This document shows positions 50,957 through 63,836 of a stretch of DNA of 64,000 bases, piece after piece. Below the pieces are notes generated by a model. It searched no databases. It saw nothing but the letters and a program-made list of their open reading frames with translations, and was not told the origin of the DNA. The position numbers were made by a program, and so were the translations under genes. The DNA is from Nemertoderma westbladi. Lineage: Eukaryota > Animalia > Xenacoelomorpha. The stretch is from contig JAUCBJ010002996.1 in the NCBI GenBank assembly GCA_032718475.1, positions 2,771 through 66,770 of the forward strand. Direction: 5' to 3'. Position 1 is the first letter of the stretch. Every line of letters starts with the position of its first letter.

Positions 50957-52689
50957 AACGGAACCATTTTCTAATAGATAAAATATGATCCTGCTGGCTG
51001 CATATCAAGCCTTTTCAATCTAGGAAGTTGGCCTAACAGCTCATTGAAATTACAATCCAGCAGTTTGGTACACTATTTGACAGTATGTGAACACGATGCC
51101 TATCTTAACTCAGGCACAATAATTAACAAGAATTGGTTATAAGCGCTGAAAGAACCAATGCCACATGTAATTTAGCACTTGTGCAAAAAAATGCGACGCG
51201 CAATCGCACCTGCGCAACTGTTGTCTCACGCATTAAAAAATCTGGCACAATTGTCATGAAACAATTCGCATAATTCACAGGCACTTCCATGTTCTTAACA
51301 GGCACAATTAGTATGCCAGGCCTGTGTGCCGCATAAATTATATCGGTAGCAAAAATCAATAAATGGAATAACCCAGTCATCATAAGCACTAACACAAGAA
51401 ATATTAATTATACCAACCAACTCTCACAAACTTATTGCAAACAAACTTATTAAACCTGTTAATGTAAGCATGCAAGGAATTTGGTTGTAGTGTTGCTGAT
51501 GAGACCCAGTAAGGTCGAAACGCGTACGTGGTTTGGAGAGATATGAGATATTAATTTCAAGAAAAATTACGCGATTCCTAAATTTGTACACTACCCGGTT
51601 AAATAGTACGCATGTGATGGGATTAGTTTGAGAATGAGTTTGAGAATTTCAACTCTTAAATTTTTTTAATTAAACCAATTATTCGTATTTTCGAAAAAGC
51701 GTCAAGTCTCCCTCAATGGGGGGAGACTTGACACCTAGGGTGGGAGACTTAAACCCCCATTCCCATTTTTGTAAATTCGTACAAAAATCCATTAGAGGTG
51801 AAATAATTACATGTTCAACATGTCTATTTTATAGTAGAGCAGATAAAAAATAAAAAATGCGATTATTAATTTGTCAAATTATTATCCAAAATTTTATACC
51901 AATTTAAGAGGTCGTTCTAATGGTTCTCCTAACCGAGGACGAAATAATTAATAGTTCATTGAAACCGCAATAAAATTTAACGCGGTAAGACACTTTTTCA
52001 TAATAAATAAAACCACAGTCTTATAGAGGTGTCGTCGCGACAGAGGAATAATTGCGGCTAATCTCTCAAAAAAATAGCCGTAAACGCGACATAAGCCGTG
52101 GGCTTACGGATAACTGAGTTACATAGATCCTTTTAAACGGAACCATTTAAAGGGGGCTAACTCAAAATAATGTTACAAATTCTGAGTTAGCTCCTTTACG
52201 TTCAAACGGAACCATTTTCTAATACACTGAAGCTGATTCTGCTGGCTGGAAGCTTTTTCAATCTAGGAAGTAGGCCTAAGTTCATTGAAATTACAATCCA
52301 GCCATTTAGTACACTATGCTACAACAGTACACTACAGTATGTGAACCGGGCTTAACTTAACTCAGGCACAATAATTAACAAGAATTGATTATAAGCGCTG
52401 AAAGAAACCAATGCCACATATAATTTATCACTTGTGCAACACGAATGCGACGCGCACCTGCGCAACTGTTGCCTCACGCATTAAAAAATCTGGCACAATT
52501 CTCATGAAACAATTCGCATAATTCATAGGCACTTCCATGTTCTTAACAGGCACAATTAGTATGCCAGGCCTGTGTGCCGCATAAATTATATCGGTTCCCC
52601 AAATCAATAAATGGAATAACCCAGACATCATAAGCACTAACACAAGAAATATTAATTATACCCACCAACTCTCACAAACTTATTGCAAA
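50957..52689. repeat. Direct duplication of about 480 bp (50957-51440 and 52205-52689)
   Basis: Colinear and highly similar; explains the twin ORFs at 51123 and 52428. Confidence 0.85.
51490..51530 (+). ncRNA. Degenerate minimal type I hammerhead ribozyme motif
   Basis: CTGATGA-GACC-CAGTAA-GGTC-GAAACGC-GTA; stem I pairs poorly. Confidence 0.5.
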
Positions 52690-52927
52690 TACAATGATCA
52701 ACCTTCAAACACAGTTATTATTAACACTGTGATTAACAGTTGAGATTGTGGGGAGAGAAAATCACACTCGTGAACGATATTCATACTACTGCACTGTAGA
52801 GATCCAACAAAATGTTATTTGCGAATGTGTAATTAGCGATAACAAGTTATATGTATTACTTATTTATTATATAAAGTAATATGCAAAAGGCTCAGCTCAC
52901 CCCACCCCTACTTTTGTTTATATTGTA

Positions 52928-53091
52928 AGGAGCCTGCGCGAACGCAAGCTCCAGCTAACACAAATTTAGCACCCGAGTTTCCTCGATTTGAGAAAATCGC
53001 AGGGGTCAACCCAAGCGGAGTGCAATGCAAGGGCCTCATCCTGGGGGAACCGCATTCTTGATCGTGGTTAACCCCTGTGCCAGGTAAGTAT
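52928..53091 (-). ncRNA. RNU1: U1 snRNA (canonical; one G>A change in stem II)
   Basis: Reverse complement of 27779-27942, except CAGGATGAGG for CAGGGTGAGG. Confidence 0.95.
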
Positions 53092-53850
53092 GCAAGTTGA
53101 TGTTAACTACCTCTTATATACAGGTTTACTATATTACATTGTCGTAAGGTGGTAACAAAATTATTTAATATGACTAAAGAATAAGTATTAGATTATATTT
53201 AAACTGGACTATTGTCAAGATAGGAGTAATTATATTTATCATTATCAAATATTTGTGTTAAAAATTAGTATATGTGCAGCGCTATTAAAATGCCTATAGT
53301 TGCTTTAGTACATATTCGGATATATATTAATATTATGTTGGCCGGAAATTTAGTTGGATTTAAGGGCTCTTGCAAGGACCTGTAGACTGGTAGACGCAGT
53401 AGGGTGAACCCTACTGCGTGGCGATAACTATGTTCCCTGAAGTTAAGCGCGCAGCAAGTTTCATGTAACACCACCTTGGCATCAGTGTTATAAATTAATT
53501 TACATAAACCTTGATACTGACAAAGTGGCTATGGCAACGCAATAATTTTTATTGTCCGTTTAAATCACTCATGATGTCCTTTTTTTTACTTTTTATGTCC
53601 TCCAGAAATTTACCATTAGTTAAGTGATCGTTTATTGTTTTGGTTAGGAAAACCCGCCTCTGTAACTGCTCCTTTCTCTCAATTGGTAATGTTATCGTTT
53701 ATTGTTTTGGTTAGAAAAGACCATCTATGTAACCTGCTCCTTTCCTTCATTTGGTAAAGTGATTGTTTATTGTTTTGGTTAGAAAATCCCGCCTCTGTAA
53801 CCTGCTCCTTTCCCTGATTTGGTAACAACATCGATTATTGTTTTGGTTAA

Positions 53851-53987
53851 AGGACACTGGCCTTGAAGATGCGGATGATCTAGCAAATGTCATGGGTGAT
53901 AGGGAGTTGTGGCGGCGCAATTTTGTCGATAAGCCGGCATAGCATTCTTAAAAATGCAGCTGCAATGCAGCATGCCGATCCTAGTAG
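53851..53987 (+). mobile_element. 3' tail fragment of the 48905-family LINE
   Basis: Matches 50799-50937; paralogous copy at 63379-63521. Confidence 0.8.
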
Positions 53988-54340
53988 ATGGTATTTTCAA
54001 AAAACGAAATATGCCTTTAAATTCTTTGAATCCAAAATAATAATCTTCCATAAATTGTAACTCGTCATATCTACTATAAGAGCTGTTGCTATGGGGATTT
54101 CCTCCGTTGCTATGTTTAAGATCCTCTAAAAAACCAGCGGAACCGTTTGGTGAAAATTTTTTATAATTTCTCATATCTTTACTAAATATATATGTGGGGT
54201 AGCTCAATCATATATAAAATACGGGGTCATAGACTGGAGCCTGTATTAAATGAAAGAACGAGTTAAGTAAACAGTTATATATAGTTAACGAGTTAAAACT
54301 CAATTTATCGATAGGTGTAGCTGATTCAGTTAGATTTAAT

Positions 54341-56386
54341 TTAAAGTAAACTGTTACTACGAGTTTCGTACAGAAATAACCCTTTTCTTTCTCCCTTTTT
54401 ATACACAGTAGCGATCCCACCGAACCCGTTTACTGGCACGGCACCCAATCGGGATACTTTAGTTCCGTTTGGAACGTATTCATAAACCCCCAGATAACGA
54501 TTCCCTTCTTTTTCTAGAGGAACTAATAAATGCCCTGATCGATTCTGCAGTAGTTCCACCGCCCCAATAGGGATGGATTTACCGCAATCAAGAACGGATC
54601 TCCTTCTATTCAATACGAGAGTAACGTTGGGTCCGGTGCCGGTAACCTTATAGCCACATAGGGATAACTTATGTTTGTTAGGTTGGAATAATCCGACGGT
54701 TAAATCGACCATTAAACTATAGCTACCGATGGTAGTGGAAAGGAGTTTCGCAGGTACTTCGATACGGGATATCCATTCCTTAGAACAATCGCGCCGGTCC
54801 AGTTTAATCACGCAGTTGTTTGACGTTAGCAGATAATCACCATGGATACCGACCATTGGGCCTATTGGTTGACCGCGGTATCTCTCTTTACCAAGACACA
54901 AATGTTTGACATCACCTCCGTCTGGGTTTATTACAAATACACATTCTTCCGTTGCGGCGATCCAGGTTTCCTTGTAGTAATTATCTAGAAACTTAATCTG
55001 TTTCTTTTCGGCGTTGCAGTCGGTTTCTAGAATAATAGGTTCACCACGTAGAGATAAAGAATCGTCAGCGTTGAATTCGTAAATATAAATCCTGTTAGTT
55101 AGGGAATCGGTTATCCCCAGGTTCCCATAGCAACCACCAATGGGACCGACTTTACCGATTCCCATTCTACGACAGTCGATCCGACATGTTTCCTTTAGCG
55201 GCGGATCTCTTAATAAAATATCTTCGTATTGGCGGAGGTTAAAACGTTTCTCAACCTCCAGTTCTTCTAATGGAACCGCCATCTTCTCTCCTCCATCGCC
55301 GCTATCTATAATATCAATGCGGCCGGTAATCCCTTCCAGGTCCTTCTGTAACTCAACCGGAACGAAACGAATTTCCGGTACCTCTACAACTTTGATCTCA
55401 GAAATCCGCTGCTCGATTTCTTTGTATTTCTTTAGAATCTTCTTGGCTTCCGCTATTTCTTTGATCAACTCGGAATTCTTTATCTTCTTATAATATTCGT
55501 TTTCTTTAGGAATTTCGATATTAGCGAGAATTTCCTGCGCTGCTGATATATTTCCCGCCGTTTCGGTATTTAAATCCCGCACCTGCTTCATCATTGTATC
55601 TTCGGCTGCTTTTAATTCGTTGTATAAATATTGGAAGTGTTTGCGGATGTCGTCGGTGGAAACTTTAGTGACGTCATCTAAATCCCCCAGAATTCCCTCC
55701 AACACTGATAGTTTAGTCTCCAATCGTGTTCTCAACTTTCCCGGACCTTCTATTAAGTTTCGTCTGATTGAATTACAGACTTCGTTCGTATACCAGACCT
55801 CGTGATCTTTAGAATCACCGTCAACGGAATGACATTGGCGACAAACAGTACATTCGCATTTCTCGCAATAATGGCGCTTGTTTAGACCGTGGATTAGGCA
55901 CAGTTCGGGATCCGGTTCTTTAGATCCACCAACAGCTCCTTGTTTATCGAGATCTACGTCAGTAGACCAGCATCCCGTCGGTTCTCCAGCTGCTCCCGAA
56001 TTAGGTGGATTGGCGACACAGACACAGACGTGGTAAAGTTTGCACTTTCTGCACAATTCGGTCTCGCAACGTTCGCAGGGATTCGTTCCTTTGTTTTTTC
56101 CGCACTCGTCGCATGTTTTTTCTTTTCGAATCATATCAATCATAGAGGTGACGACATGACTTACTGTCGGCAAAGAATCCAGTTTCTCTACCTCGGTGGG
56201 ATTCCGACAACGAGGACATTCCAACGAAAATCCATCACCGTGTTGTTTAGAAACTTTTACGATACATTTGTAACAGAAACAGTGGGAGCAGTTGATTAAA
56301 ACTCGGGGCTGATGTAAAAGTCGTAGACATACGGAACATTCGAACTCTCGCTCTACTTGCTCCCGGTCCATTGACGCATTGTGCAT
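54341..56386 (-). CDS. TRIM/RBCC-type E3 ubiquitin ligase (RING, B-boxes, coiled coil, divergent beta-rich C-terminus)
   Basis: RING CSVC..CSHCFCYKC..CPRC; B-box CDEC..CERC..LCRKC..H; B-box2 CLIH..YCEKCECTVCRQC..H; helical linker; single ORF of 681 aa. Confidence 0.9.
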   Translation of the reverse strand: MHNASMDREQVEREFECSVCLRLLHQPRVLINCSHCFCYKCIVKVSKQHGDGFSLECPRCRNPTEVEKLDSLPTVSHVVTSMIDMIRKEKTCDECGKNKGTNPCERCETELCRKCKLYHVCVCVANPPNSGAAGEPTGCWSTDVDLDKQGAVGGSKEPDPELCLIHGLNKRHYCEKCECTVCRQCHSVDGDSKDHEVWYTNEVCNSIRRNLIEGPGKLRTRLETKLSVLEGILGDLDDVTKVSTDDIRKHFQYLYNELKAAEDTMMKQVRDLNTETAGNISAAQEILANIEIPKENEYYKKIKNSELIKEIAEAKKILKKYKEIEQRISEIKVVEVPEIRFVPVELQKDLEGITGRIDIIDSGDGGEKMAVPLEELEVEKRFNLRQYEDILLRDPPLKETCRIDCRRMGIGKVGPIGGCYGNLGITDSLTNRIYIYEFNADDSLSLRGEPIILETDCNAEKKQIKFLDNYYKETWIAATEECVFVINPDGGDVKHLCLGKERYRGQPIGPMVGIHGDYLLTSNNCVIKLDRRDCSKEWISRIEVPAKLLSTTIGSYSLMVDLTVGLFQPNKHKLSLCGYKVTGTGPNVTLVLNRRRSVLDCGKSIPIGAVELLQNRSGHLLVPLEKEGNRYLGVYEYVPNGTKVSRLGAVPVNGFGGIATVYKKGERKGLFLYETRSNSLL

Positions 56387-56725
56387 TGTATGATTGTAGT
56401 CCAGTAGTCTGGCCTGGCTGTTTCTGTGTTTGGTACCAGTAGTTATGTAGTAAGTTGTGGTTTAGTTCAGTACTCAGGTAGGCTACTGCAGTACTGCAGT
56501 AGCCTACTCTAATACTGTAATATGCTAATGCAGTAATCCTCTAGTCCTGTGCGTTCAGCTGTAGTCATTCATAAGCTTAAAAAAACGCAATAATTTTTAT
56601 TGTCCGTTTAAATCCTTTTTTTGTCTTTTATTTTTTATTTTTTATGTCCTCCAAAAATCTAATGTTAGGTTCCATGCTACCGGTTTCTCTACTGCTGTTC
56701 TCTCAGGCTATCAGTACCGGTATTA

Positions 56726-58546
56726 CCCAGTAAAAAATCCCCATGCGTAACGCATTCGTGCCACATGCAGCATTCGTAAAAGGTGCGTGCAATGTTATTT
56801 AAGATTCGTGAAGCCTTCGTCAATGGTTCGTCAGTCAGAATAAATTAACGAATGCGTATAGTATTCGTATCGCATGTGAGATTTCACTTGTAAATATATT
56901 CGTGGCTCATCATTCGTGGCACATGCGATACGAATGCTTCCACTACACACAAAAAATAATTCGTGGTTCATTCGTTCGTGGCACATGCGATACGAATGCT
57001 TAGCCACGCCACGCTTAAAATTATTCGTGGTCCATTCGTGACGCATGCGATGCGCGTGCGAAGCATTCTCCATTAGAGTAGGCCTACCGTACATACTGTA
57101 ATACTGGCCAATCACAATTCGGCAAATAATCGAACATAGTGTTATTAGTTAGTAGCTCTCCCCCTTTGTTACCAGTCAGCCAGTCCCATGTACTTTTACT
57201 ATATATTTAATAGGTTGCCCAGTAATTCTTAACTCCCGTTTATTATTTTGGTTCCCCATTATGATGGTATGTAAACCTGTTCCCTTTACCAACATGCTTG
57301 ATATACTGTAATAATGTAAAGGTAATGTACTGTAGGCTAGGTGAGATAAATAATGACAACATAAGACTAATGTATTAACTTAAGGAACTACAGTATGTAG
57401 GCAGCATACTTATAGTATGTAGGCACCCCCCCCCCCCCCGTAGTTTTAGCCCCTGTACAGTAGTACTAATTTCCCAAAGTTATTACAGTAGTTTCATGTT
57501 GTCATTATTTATCTCACCTGGCCTACAGTACAGTACCAATACATATTATAAAGCATGTGGCATTTTTATTAAATTGTATGTGTGTATGGTGATATTTTCA
57601 CACCGTTTCATAGGCTTCCAGGTTGAATTTGTTTAATTCGCTATAAAACGCCATTTAATTAGTCTACTGATATACTGTAGCAGTTATTACCGGTAACTGC
57701 TACAGTAGGCCCTACACTTATTAATGGTAAAGAAATCTTACAGACAAAATACATCAAAGGCATACATTTTATGAGATACATCAACATAATTTCAATGTTT
57801 TTTTTTTACTATATTCTAGAATATTAATTCGCTTTTTTTCGATAATAAGTAATAAAATATATATAAAATAATAATAAAAATATATATAATAATAAAATGA
57901 TATAAAATAATAATAAAATAATATAATATAATAATAAAATAATAAACCATCAATAATAATTAATAAGATTAATTAAATTAATTAAAAGCTTGAAATTAAT
58001 ATTCTAGATAATAAAATCATCAGAACTATAACGATTTACGTCTGAAATTGCGTGCTCTTGAATTATATCTGAACATTTTTTTGGGGAAATTGAAAATGGC
58101 TTTCATATTCGATTCGGAATATCAAGTATATTTAAAAAAAATAAAATAAATGGACACGTTTTAACAGTAATCGTTGTAAACTGTTAAAACTATGTAAACT
58201 GTAGGGAAATAATAAAAAAAATAAAAATCCTGCGGTAAACATTCGTATAACATTCGTAAAACATTCGTAACGCATTCGTATAGCGTGGGAAACATTCGTA
58301 TATAACATGCGGGACGCATTCGTATAGTGTGCGGGAAACATTCGTATAAGATTAGGGACGCATTCGTAGAATGTGCGGGATTCGAATAAGGTTCGTATTA
58401 CATTCGATATGCGAATAAAGGATGCGTATTTGGTTCGGTTTTCGCATTCGTATCGCATGGTTCATCTATGTAACATTTCAGAATGCGTTACGAATGCGTT
58501 AAATATGCGCCATCCCATGCGTTACGAATGCGAATTTTTTACTGGG
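56726..58546. mobile_element. Non-autonomous DNA transposon with subterminal repeats
   Basis: TIR CCCAGTAAAAAAT ... ATTTTTTACTGGG, TA on both sides, many CATTCGT/ACGAATG motifs at both ends, nested hairpin at 57327-57531. Confidence 0.85.
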
Positions 58547-58718
58547 TAGTATATATACAGTCAGACAGTAGCACTATTTTGCTGTATTGTATGTACAGAT
58601 GTAGGTATAAAGCAGGTATTTCTGCATTTTAGTACCGGTACCGGCACCGGTACTGCTGTAGGCCTACTGTGTAGCCTACCATTTAAATACGGTACTGGTA
58701 GGCCTAACGGCTGACCGG

Positions 58719-61700
58719 TTGTTTTGGTTAGAAAATCCCGCCTCTGTAACCTGCTCCTTTCCCCCGCCTCTGTAACCTGCCCCTTTCCCTCAATTAGTTA
58801 AATGATCGTTTATTGTTTTGGTTAGAAAATACCGCCTCTGTAACCTGCTCCTTTCCCTCAATTAGTTAAGTGATCGTTTATTGTTTTGGTTAGGGAATCC
58901 CGCCTCTGTAACCTGCTCCTTTCTCTCAATTGTTAATGTTATCATTTATTGTTTTGGTTAGAAAATCCCGTCTCTGTAACCTGCTCCTTTCCCTGATTTG
59001 GTAAAGTGACTGTTTATTGTTTTGGTTAGAAAATCCCGCCTCTGTAACCTGCTCCTTTCCCTCAATTAGTTAAGTGATCGTTTATTGTTTTGGTTAGGAA
59101 ATCCCGCCTCTGTAACCTGCTCCTTTCTCTCAATTGGTAATGTTATCGTTTATTGTTTTGGTTAGAAAATCCCGTCTCTGTAACCTGCTCCTTTCCCTGA
59201 TTTGGTAAAGTCACTGTTTATTGTTTTGGTTAGAAAATCCCGCCTCTGTAACCTGCTCCTTTCTCTCAATTGGTAATGTTATCGTTTATTGTTTTGGTTA
59301 GAAAATCGCGTCTCTGTAACCTTCTCCTTTCCCTCAATTAGTTAAATGATCGTTTATTGTTTTGGTTAGAAAGTCCCGCCTCTGTAACCTGCTCCTTTCC
59401 CCGATTTGGTAAAGTGACTGTTTATTGTTTTGGTTAGAAAATCCGGCCTTAACCTGCTCCTTTCCATCAATTGGTAATTGTTTTTGGCTATAAAATGAGT
59501 GTTTTGCTACGTCATGTGGTAATCGATTATCTACAACAACCACAAACTATTAAATGTAGAGTCTTTTACCACAGGCGCATATGGAATTCTATCTCATAGT
59601 CTATAAATCATGGAATGTTTTGGCACAGGCATAGTGAAACCAACTGTCCGACAGACCAGAAATCAACAAATTTTGAATGTTTTGGCATAGGCATGTTGAA
59701 ATCAACTGTCTGACAGTCCAGAAATCAGCAGTCTGACAGTTTGAAGAAATACATACATAAAAAGTCATTAAAAGGACAACAAAAGTCATTAAAAGGACAA
59801 CAAAAGTCATTATGCACAATTCGTAAAAAAAGGAGGACAAAAAAAGTCAAATAAAAGGACATAAAAAATCACTGCCTTAAAAAAACATCAGAGGCCGGTT
59901 TTTGCTTAACGGCGTCTTGACACCGTCTCTAGTAATAAGAATTGTTGGCTGATTGATTGATTGATTGACTGGCTGGCTGGCTGGCTAATTAAATCTATAG
60001 CCAAAACTACTCTAACGACTTTGATGAAATTTTCACAGCGGCTAGATACCGCGATTCTAAGGTCCTGGTATGTTCCGCTATTTCGTCCATGAGCCGTGGG
60101 CTCGAAAAATAGACATAAACGAAAAAACGCCATTGGCGCAATGGTAAAATAACACCAATAACAGCTGGTGTCGTGATGAAAAATGGCTTACGTAATGGAT
60201 TTCTACACAAGGCTTAGTATAAATCGATGAGGTTGCCAAGATTATTGTACTTCGTACACCCATACTGTTTGTTTAGGCCCTACCATCCACTCACCACTCT
60301 CTGGCAAAGCAAACATTAACTGGTTGGTTTAGTTTGAAATCTAGTATCGCCTCAGCTGAATAACTCTTCCCAATGCATTCTAGGGGAGTATCCAAGTTTC
60401 TCCCTCTGCTAATGTAAGCTGAATGACTGTTAAGTACACAGTGAGTTGGCTACATTAATGCCAACATTATTGCAAAATGTTTTATTGGTGGATTACTCTC
60501 TGTCAGTCTCCCCTTCAGAACATTATATGGGGAATTTACTTTAGTTTACTCTACTGTGCCATTCAGCTGAATGGATTTGAGCGATTGCCAAGTTACAGAG
60601 TTGTATCATTCTCTGACCATAGGCAAAGACATCAAATCTTTATAAAAAGATACTTTTTCTGTTTTTTTTTCTGACCAAAAATTAAAAAAAAAAATTTTCG
60701 TAGCCAGTACTGCCAATCGATTCGCCATCAAAAATAAAGCAAAAAATTTTTTTTGCAAAATTTTAAATTACTGTAAATTTTTGGCGACTGGGGGGGGGGG
60801 GGGGGTCAATTTTTTTCGATCCAATATAACTTCGGAACGCATTGTCCAAATTCGATGGGGTTTTTATTTTTCAACTTAATTCGAAGTCCTCTTTTAGCCT
60901 ATCCATGTTTCGAAACCCCAAACAGCGCCGTTCAAAAATTAATTTTTTCTAGTTCTAGAATTTTACAAATTTCAAAAAAGTTGCAGTATTTTATTAACGC
61001 CTTTACGAAGTGTTTAGTATCAGTATCTTTAGTATGAAGTCTTGGCATTATTGGTGACGCGAAACTAGGCTAGTGGGATTCAGGATATTGCGTTTAATAT
61101 AAAAATCGAAAACGCTATCGAATTCCGTAAAGGCGTTAAAAAAATACTACAACTTTTTTGAAATTTGTAAAATTCAAGAACTAGAAAAAATTAATTTTTG
61201 AACGGCGCTGTTTGGGGTTTCGAAACATGGATAGGCTGAAAGAGGACATCGAATTAAGTTGAAAAGTAAAAACCCCATCGAATTTGGACAAAGCGTTCCA
61301 GAGTTATAGCGGATCGAAAAAAAGTGACCCCCCCCCCCCCCCCCAGTCGCCAAAATATTATATTATTACGAATATTATTAATAATATTACGAATTGTGCA
61401 TAATGACTTTTATTGTCCCTTTAATGACTTTTGTTGTCCTTTTAATGACTTTTTATGTATGTATTTCTTCAAACTGTCAGACTGCTGATTTCTGGACTGC
61501 CAGACAGTTGATTTCAACATCCCTATGCCAAAACATTCAAAATTTGTTGATTTCTGGTCTGTCGGACAGTTGGTTTCACTATGCCTGTGCCAAAACATTC
61601 CCATGATTTCATGATTTATAGACTATGAGATAGATTTCCATATGCGCCTGTGGTAAAAGACTCTAAATTTAATAGTTTGTGGTTGTTGTCGATAATCGAT

Positions 61701-61963
61701 TACCACATGACGTAGCAAAACACTCATTTTCGAGCCAAAAACAATTACCAATTGATGGAAAGGAGCAGATTAAGGCCGGATTTTCTACAAAACAATAAAC
61801 AGTCACTTTACCAAATGAAGGAAAGGAGCAGGTTACAGAGGTGGGCCTTTCGAACCAAAACAATAAACGATCATTTAACTAATTGAGGGAAAGGAGCGTG
61901 TTACAGAGGCGGGATTTTCTAACTAAAACAATAAGCAGTCACTTTACCAAATCAGGGATAGGA
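58719..61963. mobile_element. Foldback-like element: 68-bp tandem arrays plus about 350-bp unique inverted arms
   Basis: 68-bp unit TTTATTGTTTTGGTTAGAAAATCCCGCCTCTGTAACCTGCTCCTTT.. about 11 times at 58719-59470; 59250-59826 is inverted at 61387-61963. Confidence 0.8.
60778..61355. mobile_element. MITE-like long hairpin nested in the foldback loop
   Basis: About 230-bp inverted arms TTTTGGCGACTGGGG.. / ..CCCCAGTCGCCAAAA. Confidence 0.85.
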
Positions 61964-62277
61964 AATCCAATAACTGAGTTACATAGATCCTTTTAAACGG
62001 AACCATTTAAAGGGGGCTAACTCAAAATAATGATACCGTTACTTGCTATGCTATAGATACCAGTCAGTTGGCCCCACTTGCACTTGTGTATAACAGTAAA
62101 TAAAATATTTTCAGTTTAATGGGGCTTTCCTGTGATACTTATTTCTATTGATTATTTAATATTCAACATAGGTCCGGGCCTATCCCGTGTGTGTCTGTCT
62201 GACGAAATGTGAAATGCAATATCATAATTCATAATATGCAAAAGGCTCAGCTCACCCCTACTTTTGTTTATATTGTA

Positions 62278-62441
62278 AGGAGCCTGCGCGAACGCAAGCT
62301 CCAGCTAACACAAATTTAGCACCCGAGTTTCCTCGATTTGAGAAAATCGCAGGGGTCAACCCAAGCGGAGTGCAATGCAAGGGCCTCACCCTGGGGGAAC
62401 CGCATTCTTGATCGTGGTTAACCCCTGTGCCAGGTAAGTAT
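62278..62441 (-). ncRNA. RNU1: U1 snRNA (canonical)
   Basis: Appears identical to the 27779 copy, reverse strand. Confidence 0.97.
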
Positions 62442-63836
62442 GAAGGTAGATGTTGTTTCTGATTTAAATAGTCGTTTATAGTGACATATTGTGTAAAGTA
62501 TGAAATAATAATGAAATATTAACACAGTAAAATAAATATTCATCGCGTTCAAGGAGTACTTTTATATTCATGTATTTAATTATATTTTTCGAATTGTCTT
62601 AGAAAAGTTAATTTATAAATAGAAATCTAGTATTATCCATAATTAAGATTTAATATAACTTAGATAAGAAAATGATTACATCAATAACAATTGAAACGGC
62701 TAGTTCGAAAAGGGCCAAAAGAATAAGTATTAGATTATATTTAAACTGGACTATTGTCAAGAGAGGAGTAATTATATTTATCAAATATTTGTGTTAAAAA
62801 TTAGTATATGTGCAGCGCTATTAAAATGCCTATAGTTGCTTTAGTACAGATTCGGATATATATTAATATTATGTTGGCCGGAAATTTAGTTGGATTTAAG
62901 GGTTCTTGCAAGGACCTGTAGATTGGCTTCACCCTACTGCGTGGCGATAACTATGTTTCCTGAAATTAAGCGCGCAGCAAGTTTCATGTAACACTACCTT
63001 GGCATCAGTGTTATAAATTAATTTACATAAACCTTGATACTGACAAAGTGGCTATGGCAACGCAATAAATTTTATTGTCCGTTTAAATCACTCATGATGT
63101 CCTTTTTTTTACTTTTTATGTCCTCCAGAAATTTACCGTTAGGTTCCGTTAGTTAAGTGATCGTTTATTGTTTTGGTTAGGAAATCCCGCCTCTGTAACC
63201 TGCTCCTTTCTCTCAATTGGTAATGTTATCGTTTTGGTTAGAAAAGACCATCTATGTAACCTGCTCCTTTCCTTCATTTGGTAAAGTGATTGTTTATTGT
63301 TTTGGTTAGAAAATCCCGCCTCTGTAACCTGCTCCTTTCCCTGATTTGGTAACATCATCGTTTATTGTTTTGGTTAATGGACACTGGCCTTGAAGAGGCG
63401 GATGATCTAGCAAATGTCATGGGTGATAGGGAGTTTGTGGCGGCGCAATTTTGTCGACAAGCCGGCACAGCATTCTTAAAAATGCAGCTGCAATGCAGCA
63501 TGCCGATACTAGTAGTAGTAGTTTTGGTTAGAAAGAGCATCCTTGTAACCTGCACCTTTCCAAAAATGAAATACCAAATCGATTGTAGTTCTCCCAACCC
63601 GTTATGTGTATTTAATTTGGGATTTCTGATTGTTTTCTCCTCGACCATATTTTACTGGTATCGAGTGTTAATAATAATAATTTACTTAATGTTCTATTAT
63701 AATTATAACAAACAACATGACAATGATAATTAACTTATTTATATCTTATTATTATTCACCGAAGATAAACAAGATAAACATAAAATAAGTAATATTTACA
63801 TTATTGAGTATGAATAAGTGCTTTGTTAATATTGTA

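Noticed and set aside
51123-52643. Twin 90-aa and 71-aa ORFs as a gene family
   Set aside because: They have non-ATG starts, lie in a local duplication, and their 3' ends diverge by an indel.
4384-61345. Scattered 15-25-nt poly-C/poly-G runs
   Set aside because: Simple homopolymers, several inside MITE-like repeats, and their lengths are unreliable in assemblies.
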